NCBI GenBank assembly: GCA_964634945.1
Contig: CAZWMG010000001.1
Location: 116,825-180,824 of the forward strand
Length of the DNA stretch: 64,000 nucleotides
Reading direction: 5' to 3'
DNA from: an uncultured Planctomycetia bacterium
GTDB taxonomy: Bacteria > Omnitrophota > Gorgyraeia > JABMRG01
The notes below the pieces were generated by a model that was given only the letters and a program-made list of their open reading frames with translations, ran no database searches and was not told where the DNA came from. Numbering within the stretch: the stretch's first letter is position 1; each line of letters begins with the position of its first letter. A program made the translations under genes and the position numbers. Shown in pieces: positions 50,969-62,900 of this stretch.

Positions 50969-53900
50969 TTACGCGTTCTGTGCAACGAGATCATTTATTC
51001 TCTTAATCTCATCATTGTCTATAGGCTTAATCCTTATTGTCCCTGAGCCTGAATTCCCAAACATTGATTCCCAGTTTTCATTCGATATACCAATTTCAAT
51101 ACCTCTCTCGTTCATAAACGCGGCAAGTTGTTTAAATGGCACGCGGAATATTGCCAATACTACCTGTGATGCTGTCACTATATTATTTGCCGTACCAGCA
51201 GATTGTTCAACCTGTACGAATCTTGTCTGATCAGCGGTAATGGATGCAGGCTTATTGTAACGATAGACAATAGTAGCAGTACTTGCTTTCTTGAGGCCGG
51301 TTGTTACTGTTATGCCGTGCTCCTTAAGTTTACTTACTGCCTGGGCACTATTATCGCCATATACTGATATAGATACAGTCTCCTTTACATTATTAGGCAT
51401 CTTATTTATTATAACACCTAATGTCTCAGCAAGCATATCTGTAACTGTATCTGATTCCAGTACAAGAGCCTGTCCTGCTGTTATAGGCAGCTTGTAACCT
51501 TGTGTAGTAACTGTGTTAACAATATTTACCGCTGTTTGCGCTGTATCAAGGCCAAATTCCGAAACGTCAATAATGATGCCGGCAGACGCGCTCTTTGAAT
51601 CCGACACAGGCTCTGAACCGGTCTGTGTATATGATAGGCCCTTTTCAATGAGGCCTGAAGAAGACTGTTTCAATATATCTGGCGATGGCTTCTCTTCCGG
51701 ACTAATCTTAGGAGCATCGGTCGTTGTTGTTTGAGATACCGGTTCCTTACTACCTGATGTAGCCGCTGGCTGCTGTGCGTCTTCTCCCTGCTCTTTGCCT
51801 GCAGCAACATCTAATGCCTCGATATATGCCTGCATTATGAAATTATTCATATTAATTAGCTGAACGGATAAAGGCACATCTCTAACAAACTGCTTTTGTT
51901 TTAGCACCCCTTCTTTTTTGAGCCTTAATACCTCTCTCTGCGCTACAGGCTCAGCTTTTGCTCTTGCCGCTGCCTGCTGTGTTGATTGCGCCTTAGCATC
52001 CTCTAATCCATCTTCTACTGGTAAATCCTTTAATGCTGCTTCATAAGCCTTGCTAACCTTTTCTGCGGCTTTTGATAACTTAATGAACCTATTGAAAGCC
52101 CCATCAACTGCTTTTGGATTACCTTGGCTTGTTTTGTCTAATAATCCTGCGGCTACAAGCTGTGGCACAATAGCCTGTCTTGCTTTAATAGATGCCTTAT
52201 GCTCTTTCATATCGTAGCTTGGTTTTATGTTAAGAATATCTGAGAGCAGAGATGTAATCGCTGTTCTCATTTGCTCAGGACTATACTTATACTCACCTTT
52301 TACATCTTTTATACCATTTGCGATCTTCTCCTGACTATTTTTAAGGGTCTCTACAGCTTCCTTATATTCATCAGAAGCATTACCTGAGACTGCCTGATCT
52401 TCAAACTGCTCTATGGACTGCTCAACAACCTCCTCAATTATCTCATCAAAGGTCTTTCTGGTTCTAATGCCTTCTTCATTCACGTTAGTAAATGTATTTA
52501 ATCTGTATGCGTAATGGCCTTTGGCACCGCCCATCGAGTTAACGGTCTTTTCTCTTAAATAATCTACAGTCTCAAGGAACTCAGGGCTATCGTATAATAT
52601 CTTTGACATAAGCCCATCTACAATTATCTTATTCTTTATTTCATCCGCTAAATCTTTAGACAGAGAAGTAGTGAGCCATGATATCTCATCATTAAAATGT
52701 GAAAGTTCATGCAGCATCTGCTCCAGTATTAGCCAGCCGGATGCAATCTTACCGCTGGTTGCATCATGGTCTATCGCTGCTTTTGCGAATTTTATAAAGT
52801 CTCTTGATAGAGCTATTGTTGGCCGCGCTACTATGTTGCCTTCTTCGCTAAATATTACTACGCGCTCTGCCTGAGCCTTTTCAGCTACTGAACCGCCTGC
52901 TGTCTTCTTAACCATTCTAACCACAACACCATCCGGAGAGCCATTCTTAGCTGCATCCATTAGCACATCAAATAACTGTGTAAGCTCTTCACCGTTGCCT
53001 TTTTTTGATAAGTAATCTTTTATACTATCCATAGAACTGAAGGCAACATTTAATGCGTTAATAAGCTCCTTTATATCTCTTCTTGCTGAATTAGAAGATA
53101 TTGTCAGCTTATCACCTGCCCACTTTACTAGCACAGAATCAGTTGCTGTCTGCGCAAAGTCCCTGTAGACCTTTTGGACCTCTTCATAAAATCCTGATTT
53201 CATATCCAGGTTAGCGAGATGTTTTTTCATAAACTCATCTATATAAGCATCCTGGTTGTTAACCTTGTCCAATTTTATATCATGATACAACTCTGTTAGA
53301 TTAGCCTCAATATCCGCTTCATTAGCGCTTGAACTTCTTGCCTTTAAGAAACTTGTAATCCTAGCGTTTATATCTTTAACATTCAGATTGTGTATACTAA
53401 TATATGCTTTAGCATAAGAGGTTGCCGCTTCATTAAGTTCCTGATTCTTCTTCAGTAGGGGTTCCACAATCAATTCTAGTTGTTTATTGAGCTTTAATAT
53501 TTTAGCCTTTATTACCATGGATCTCTTCTTATCAACATCATCATCTAAATCAAGGGCCTGCAACTCTTCTTCTAGTGACTTCTTCTCTCTCTTAATGCGG
53601 TATATCTTTGACGCAAACAACAAGCGCTCTCTTTTTTTCTCAAGTTTTGTCTTTGCTCTTGCGTACTTAAGCGTTGCATTTGCCATGTCAAATAATTGGT
53701 CATTATCCGCGAAGGCATAGCTATCTTCTGTAAGCATCCTTGTATTATCAATATCCTGGGCAAATTCAATAGATATCGCTGCCTTTATCGCCAGATGAGT
53801 CATAACATCATCTCCCGCTATATCGCTTACCATTATGTCTATCTTCTCATCGGAGGGCTTTGCGACCTTAAACATTATTTGTTTAGCTCTAAATCTGTTC

Positions 53901-56900
53901 TTGAGCATACGTAGAGTCTTTTTAAGCTCCTTCTTCTTAGACTCTTTCTTCTGCTCCGCTATCCTATACTGCGTGATTGCTATGCGTTCCTCTAAATCAT
54001 CTATAGCGACCTTTCTTCTTAAATATTTAAGGAACTTTTCATTGCTCTTTATATCGCCTTTGTTATACGCAATTACCAATGCCTTTGCGAATTCTCGCCT
54101 TGCTGCTAAAGGTTCTTCTGTATTTAACAATGCCTTCTTAAGGTTTGTTTGAGTAAATTCTAAGCCCGGGAACTTTTTCTTCAAAGCATTATACTCTTTA
54201 GCAATCTCATATAAGCCATTAGCGTCAAAATCTTTTAAGGAGTTGCTTGTTCCTATTAGGCCTATTACGGATACTGCAATAGAGGCCTCAGAATCATCCT
54301 TTATGCTGCGGTCGTTATCCTTAAGCATCTTAACTATCTGCTGAAACTCTTCCGGCGGAAGCGCCATCTTAAGAGATATAATTTTTATAGCTACCTCAAG
54401 CACCATCATGCCTCTTACTGTAAGATTGTTATCATTATCCACCATATCGTTATCTCTCATAAATCTTACTAATTGCCCAACTGCAGCATTAGCATCTACG
54501 CTAGCATTAACAGTCCCTTCACCTTTCGCGCTCTCTATATCATCCTGAGCATCTTTTATAGCTGTTTTAAGAGCGATCTCAACCTCATCTACTGTAAGTG
54601 TTCTTTCCTCAACATCTTCATCCTGTGCTTCCAGAGTTCTTGCTGTACGTGCCTGGGCAGCTGTCAGGGTCTGCCTAAACGCTCCGGCAACATCGCCTGA
54701 GAACGATGGCAGTACATAAGGGATAAATCTTCTTGCGGCATTATAAAGCTCTGAATACGTTTCAGCATCCTTAAATGTACTCTCATATGCCTGCCCGGAC
54801 GACTTTCTCAGTATCACACCCTCGTATTCCGATAACAATGGCTTTAGTTCTCTTTCGACAATCCTTATTGATTCTGCTGTCTTAACAGATTCCATATCCT
54901 CCATAAGAGACTTTATAAATTCGACCCCAATGCTTGCGTTAGTATTGAATATCTCAGTTATCAGGGCCTCTGCATCCATAGGCTTATCCAATAGGTCGAG
55001 TGCCGCACTGCGCTGATCAGACTGCTTATCAAGTAGCTTAAGCAGATGCTTCTCAAGGACCTTTCCTTCTGATGTTTGCGCAGTCTCCGGGTTTTCGCTT
55101 CCGTATTTTCTAAGTAGATTTTTAGCTGCCTCAACAAGATAACCTTGGGCAACATCTGTTATAATGTAGGCATTTGATTTTGACATTTGTATAGCGCCTA
55201 CAACCTTAAGCATAAGCTGGGTAGCGGACTGAAAATCATTCTCAATAAACCCATCTATATCATCCTTAGAAGACGCGAACTTATCCAGAAGAGTCTTTGT
55301 ATTCTTAAATTCATCATTCTGCCTGTACTGTTCCGGTGATATCATATTGCTTAACTGAGTAAGGTTGCCCCTTAAGTACTCAAGGCGCTTTTTAAGAGAT
55401 TCTTTATTTACATAGATTACTCTTGTCGCTATATCTGATTCTGAACGTTGCACACGATAGAGCCCCTGTAGTAACAGATCTTCCGCAAGCTCATCAGCAA
55501 CTATATGTATATCAACATCACCGTTATAGTTTAATCCTATCAGGCCACCTTCATTTATGAATACAGCGTGTCCTCTTTGAGCCTGTTTTGCTATCTCATT
55601 TACATCGCCATCCTCATTAGATGCTACTATGTTATTCTCATCTTTCACAATGTATTTAACAATATCTTTATCCAGCCTATTCTGATCAGCGCCTAGGGCT
55701 TCTATCAGATCTTTTATGTTCTCTTCCTTTCGTTTCATGTTTGGATCATTCTTATCAAGTTTTTCTATCACAGAATTCTGCTCATCTATAATGCGTTGCA
55801 GCTTTTTATATATAGCATCTCTTAATCTCTTTCTTAATATGTCATCCCCCTTAATACGTCTTTCAAGCTCTTCCTGAGTACGCTTTCTCATATCTTCGTT
55901 AGCTGTATATATCGCGACACCACCTTGAGTGCGAAGCGACTCTATAGCACCGCTTACAATCTGGGCAATCAATACTTTTTCATCAGCATATTTACAAAGC
56001 ATATGGCTAGGATGTATCCTACCAAAAGTCTTATTATCTATCTCTAACTCTCTATATTCGCTCATTTTTTCATTTGCACTAGCTATCGCGCCTGGAAGCG
56101 CGGAATCATCAACACCGACAAGGTCAATCATCTTATAAACTATATCATTTCCATCACTATCTTTCGTAAATACCGGTATCTCAGAGCGCTCGAAATCAAT
56201 CTCAATTCCTGTTACCGCAGGAAGCATAGCAATTACCTCAAAGAACGTTCCTGAGCCGCCGGCAACATGCGCTCTTGAATTCATACCAAATATCTCGCGC
56301 AAAGTTGACTGCATGTTTGTCGCGTTGTAGGTAAGGCCTGTTACTAAGATCTCTTCATTATCTGTTATCTGCCTGTGTAGTTCTGCTATAGCACTATCGT
56401 CATCTGTATCATTTATGTATTTATTATGCTGTAATGCTATTGCTATAACATAACCCATATCCTGAAACATAGATGAATACTTTGCCCTGCCTTGCCCAAC
56501 AGGTACAATCTTCTTATCAGCTGTTACAAGGTAATCCTGCCCAATACGATGGTTGAGAGCCCTTAACACGCTCTCAACCTCAGACAGTTTAATGCCTTCC
56601 TTGGTAAGCTCGTTCTGAAGTTCTCTTGACGCATAAACAGCATCAAACTCTCTGTCATAGCATACCGCCATACCTGTATTCCTGTAGTTGCTTTTAAATA
56701 ACTCGACATCTCCTTTTAAATCTCTTATATTTAACTTCTTACCTTTCTTTGTCTCTAACACGCCTCCTTTAAATATCTTAAATATTTTCTCGATAGCCTC
56801 TAATTTCTCAGCTGTAACCTCTTTTTCAGCAAGACCACCTTCAATAAATGTATCTCGAACTTTCAGCACGCTATCAAATTCATCAATCCTTAAGATGTTT

Positions 56901-59900
56901 GTCTTAGCAACAGCGTTAAACAACTCATCATTTTCCGCATGCGCTATAGTATTCTGTAAATGGCCTCTTGCTTCACGGCTTATTATCACTACCTGATTAG
57001 GATCATTAAACGCCTCTGTTACCTTCTTATACGCGGCCCTCTTTCCTGCTTTTCCTTCTGCGGATGCATTTTTGAAATCATCTATCAGCTTGTCGCCGCT
57101 TACCATCTTAAGGCCAAAACCATGCAACAAGGTATATTGTGAATGCTCTAAGCCTTTATTTCCATCATCCTTATCAGATAGTGGATTTAAATACTTATCA
57201 ACTGCCTGCGGGCTTTCTAATATCACCATGCCAGCGAGATCGTTGCCTTTTATCAGACTCTCTATACACATCTCTGCTGCAAAAGCATATGTTTTACCGC
57301 CTGCCATTGATAAAGCACCGAATTTTCCTTCAAATAGACTCTTGATAAACTTCTGTTGCTTTGCACGTAATCCGATCTCCTTGTTGCTTAACGCTGACTC
57401 TCTGGCAGCAAGTAAATTAGCGATAGCAAGTCCAAATGCCAGCGCCTGAACATCATCAGTCGCGTGTTCTGTTTCATCTAGTTCAAGACAAGCTTCTTCA
57501 ACCTCATTTCTATTGCCTTTTATATCTGTCTTTGTTATTGTCACGCTTAGGCCTGTTGCGATATCTTTTACGCGATCAACAAAAGCCTTATACGCATCTC
57601 CTGAGCCCTCTGTAAGATTTTCGTATTCAACCTGTTTTTCATTCAGCTCAGACCTTCTCTCATTGATCTGATTCTGCAAAGTTGCAGCTTCTTTCTCTTT
57701 CGCCTTTTGCAGTGTCTTATTGCCATCGTTCCTTGCGCTTATTATCTCTTTTTGCAATTCATCAAAACTGGCAGTTAATTCGCTTATACCCTTTGCCATG
57801 TCTGCCATCTGATCTTTGAACAATACTATCTTCACTCTTGACTCACTATGTTTGCTGTCTGCTACATCAAGCAATTCCATTGCGCCGGAGGCTTCTTTCT
57901 GCACTGCATTCACAATAGCCTCTCCTGCTTTTTCCACAAAATCGTTCTGCTCCGGTGTTAAGGTTCTTGTTAGCTCAAGTTTTCTCAGCATCTGTTTTAT
58001 GAACTTGTTGTTAAATTGCTGATAGAATCTTCTCTTTTCAATTATCGTTTTCTGCTCATCTTCATTATTGGTTAGGCCTGCTACTATATAATCAAAGTCA
58101 TCCTGTCCGGATTCTGTATGTATCATTGCCTCGTAAAGGGCCTGACGTAGTATGTTCTTAACATAGGTATCTAATCTGGCAAAATCGAGGAATGAATCGA
58201 GCGCTGAATTTATATTAATATCATTTGCAGGCGAGGCTGCCTGAACAGCTGCTGCATTATCTATTATAGACTTCAGTATGGCTGATGTAGCTCTTGGATT
58301 ATTTTTGATAACCTGCACATATTCTTCAAATGACTCAAGCTCTAGCTCCTTCTTGGTTTCGCCATTAGCTTTAAAGCTATCTACCAATAGCCTGCTAGCT
58401 CTAGCAACGATCTCTTGTGTCTCTTCTTCAATTTGCGTAACTGTTTCCAGAGCCTGTTTTGAAGCTATCTCTGAGTCAACGTCTTTTAATGTACCGCTTA
58501 ATAACGCTTGCTCCAACATGTCTATACGATCAAGCGCATCAGAATCAACAAGCGATTTAAGATCTTTCTTATTCAATACGATCTCTTCAGTGAGCTGTTT
58601 TAACTCAACCAGAGACGCTAACCCGCCAAATTCAATCTCTGCTGTGTCTAAATTGATCTTTGATATCTTTTCTACCGCAATATCCGCAGCTTGCACTATA
58701 TTTTTGACAGATTCAGCTAAAGATGCCCTGGCTGCGTTATGCTTAATATCTTTTGCTGCCTTTGCTACGTTACCTATGACACCGGCTGCTGAAGTCGCGA
58801 AACGCGCATTGTACTGTGGAGATAGCTCAACATCTTGGCCGCTATCCTCTACAGAGGTAGTCATGTTTAAAGTGGTATTCGCGAATATGCTTCTTAAGCC
58901 TGTGCGCGTATTATCGATATCTACTTTTAGTGTCTTTATGTCTGATGCTGATGCATCGAGCTTCTGCTTCATTTGAGGCAAGGCCTGCTCTAATGTTGAT
59001 AATGCTAGCTCCATCTTTGCAGCAGCGTCAACCAGTTCTATTTGCTGCGCCTTAGTTGCTGTCTGTGAGTCTATAGCTTTTGCCTGAGCCGCAACCTGTT
59101 TAACAGCAACCTTTACCATGCCCACTGTTCTTGCCTGCGTAAGCTCGCCTGCAAAGGTCTCCTGAGCAGCATAATCCTCATATACACCTGCTATGCTTTT
59201 CTTTGATGCCTTATTAATAGATTCACACAGCTTTGTAATATTATTAGCCACCCTGGTAGCGCTATCTGTAAACTGCTTAACTGAAACACCAACTGATTTA
59301 CCATCAAGCACATCTGAAATCTCAACTACAAACTCCTGCAAACCTTCAGGCATCCAACTTAAAAACAATCTTGCCAGTATGACCTCTTTTATTGCCTCTT
59401 CATATATGCCGCCTACTATTCTACTTGAAAAGCCTCCCAATTTTCCCAACATAGTTGCTTCTGGTGCCTCAGCCAAATAAGCAAGCTTACCCTGTATAAA
59501 GCTTGATACAGCGCTAAATGATTTCGCGATAATCCTGCCTATGGTCTGAGGTAACCTAACTAGTGTTAGAAAAGTAATGGCATTAAGCGCGCCGTTAAGA
59601 AAGCTTCCGCCACTTATCGCACTTTTAAGAGTGGAATCTGCTGTGATACTAAACTTCATTGCCCAAGATGAACTTGTCCTTGCTGCAACATCCTTAAATG
59701 GGCCTGATACTCTATTTGATGTAAAGTTCGCTATCCTATGACCCAGTGCAACTAGGGCAGGGGAAAGAGCAGTAAATACCGCTGTAAAGAGTATTCTTTG
59801 CGGATTCAGGTTTTCAGCTAAGGCGTTAAGCACCGAACCTTTACCCATCTGTCGCATCGTTCCATAGATGGTTTTTAAGGCACCTGGCCTCATATTGGCT

Positions 59901-62900
59901 ACAAAATCATCTGTTATGCCAAACGTGTTAAGCCCAGCGCTTGCCATTGAACCTGCTAAATGTAATGATATGCTCATGCCATATGTCAGGTTCCAGACAG
60001 TAGCTATACCATGTTTGTACATATGTTTTGCCCATTTAGTTGAAAGGCTTGCGACTACTTTTGATGCCGCAATCAGCCTCTGAGAGGCTGCAGCCATTAT
60101 GCCTTCACCGGCAGCTGCCTTTGTTACTGCAGAAGCTACCTTTGTTGATGCTGTAGTTATCTTTGAGCCAACATAGGTAAGTGGTTTTGCCGCTATATTG
60201 AGGATTTTTGCAACAGCCTCAATAGACTTAATGCTACCAATTGTACGAGCTATAGAGGTAGTAGCTTTTAGCGCTATGTTTAAAACAGATTTAATGCCTC
60301 TTAATATGATCCCTCCCGCAGCAAGAAGCGCTATATCAATTAACATCTCTGCTCCTGCCAATGTATACTTGTAAGTGCTATCATTTTGTATCTTATACAT
60401 ATCATCTATGCTCGTTACAGTAAAATCTACATCAAAACTTTCTCCGTTAAGCAACGAAGCAACTGAGGCAGCAACATAGCCAATAGCAGAACCAAGATGA
60501 TATACTGCCCAGGAAACAGCAGCGCCCATCCTATATGCGAATAAGGCGCCTTCGCTAGCTGAATCCAATACGGATTGCTGGCCTGTACTAATATCGATAG
60601 ATGTCATCTGATATATAGTTTCGTTATTACCTGTAATATGCTGATACCAGTACTTTGTCTCTATGCTTAGACGTAATATGGATGTATCGGCATCATAACT
60701 GATATTGGCATTATCCTGGCCACTTGTAATAATAAAGCTATCATCAGATGTTCTTGTTGCTGTAACAAGCTCCTGATTGCCCTGCATATCAGTTAAAGTC
60801 TGCGAAGCTGTTATAAGCACGCCATCTCTTATATATGTGTAGCTCTTTAGCATTCCTGACGAGGTTATAACGCCGGTTGACGATGAAACAGAATTTACAG
60901 TTACGTTAATAATATCATTAGGTATAGCAATATCTGCCTGCATAGCAACGTCACCGGTTGTTTCGCCTGATGATGAATATGTTGTAACCGCAATATTCTC
61001 ATCTATGTACATACCAAGAACATCTGCTTGTTCCAGTAACTGCAACGCATTCATACCACTTAATAGTTCTGTGCTGACCTTATCTATTTGATCCTGTCTA
61101 TCTTGTCCTGTTAGCATGCAATCATAAGTAGCATCAACATATACTTCCGCAATTGTCCTTTGAAGAGCAGGGACTATTGTAGCGCTATCTTTCTCGTTGA
61201 GCTCTCCTATTGTCAAACCTAGCGCACTTAAAGTCACGTTAGGTGTGCTTAGATTTATTGATAGTCTATACTCTTTGCCAGTATATGTAAAATCTGTTAT
61301 CTTAATTGTGTGCCCACCACTAAGAACTGATAGTGCCATTAGGCTATCAGGGCTATCTGATATGAAGTTTATAGTTACGCTCAAACCATCCTTATCAGAG
61401 ACAATACCCGCACCTTTTTCTCTTGCTGTCTGGAATTGAATATTATATGATACTTCTGAGTTCTGTATATTATTCAGATACTTGCCAAAACCATCTTGCA
61501 TATTTTGCTTCTTTGCATCGATGCGTGCCTTACAATCCGCTATCTGATCTTTATCATAAAAGTCGCTATCTATCAGGGTCACCATCTGCAATAAGCCTTT
61601 GATCTCATCTGTTAAGGCATCGACTTCCGCTTCTAAATTCTCTAAAAATATTTGATTCATACATGCGGCGATTTTATAGGCTGACCAGAGACCTTTATCC
61701 TCCGCATTAACTTTATTATTAGCTAATGATTCGCTTACAAATTCATAAGGATTGTCAGGATCATCCGTAAACCAGCTACCGATTCCTTTTTGAGATTCAT
61801 ACTCTTCAAAAAGTTTTGTAGAAGCATTAACCAGGCTCTGCATATAAACGCTAAGCTTTGCAAGCTGGGCCGGATTCATATCAGCCAAACCTTGGCCATT
61901 TTCAATATCAATAAGCCCCTGTTCTGTAAGCGTATTAAGAAAAGCGTTTATGTCGCTTTCATCAAGCTTGCCCTGCGCAATACCACCTGCAAGAAGAGCG
62001 AATAAAGCGCCTATTGTTCCTGATATCTTCTGATCTGCGGGATTGCAAAGTATAGGCATCACAACAAAGCTCTGCTCATATTTCTCTGAATCCTTGTCTG
62101 TGGTATTTTTATATTTATCTATAGTCGCTAAAATCTCCACCTTTTCTTGTGCATAAGCGGCTCTCTGGGCATCTGATAGCTCATCTGAATCTGCTCCCAT
62201 AAGCCAGTCCTCCTTAACCATTAAATCAACTTCTATCTGCGAGAGCCTATCCTCAAGTTTTTCTATTAGCACACTATATGGTATGATTTTAGAAGAATCC
62301 ACTGCCTGAACAGCTATCAGATCGTTATCGCCATCTTTACCATACATGATAGTCGTTGAAAGCTCGATAAGCATCGTTATCAGCTTCTTAGCAGATGCTG
62401 ATATATTGATGTCATTGAGATACTCTTGAAGCTTCTGTTTTGACACAAACGTAATGATAGTTTTTGTAGCTTTATTGTAGCCGAGAACAAAATCTGATAG
62501 TGACATGCTTTCATTATGCCACTGCTGTAATGTTATTTTAGCCCCTTGATAAGATATTTCAGAGGTAACATCCAGGTTATCTTTTACAATAAATATCTTA
62601 TTTGTATTTTCATTATATCCGGTGCCTAATCCTATTGAGATATCTCCATCTTTCATCTCTATCTGCGTAACACCCGCTGATAATACGTAACCACCTGATT
62701 TCAAATCTTCGGCAAGTACAAATCTTCCTTGCTTATTAAGCTCTATTGTGAGGCTAGATAAATTATCTGCAAAATTAACCTCTTTTCCGTCAAATATAAC
62801 CTTAAGATTGTCTTTTGAATTCTTATCAAGCTTCGTCGTAAACAATATTCTCTTGCCTGTTGTTAGTGTTACATTAAATTCTCTGCCTGCAATCTTTGCG

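Noticed and set aside
55400-57350. Calling the domain the housekeeping secA
   Set aside because: Too divergent, embedded mid-protein, and no recognisable SecA C-terminal region
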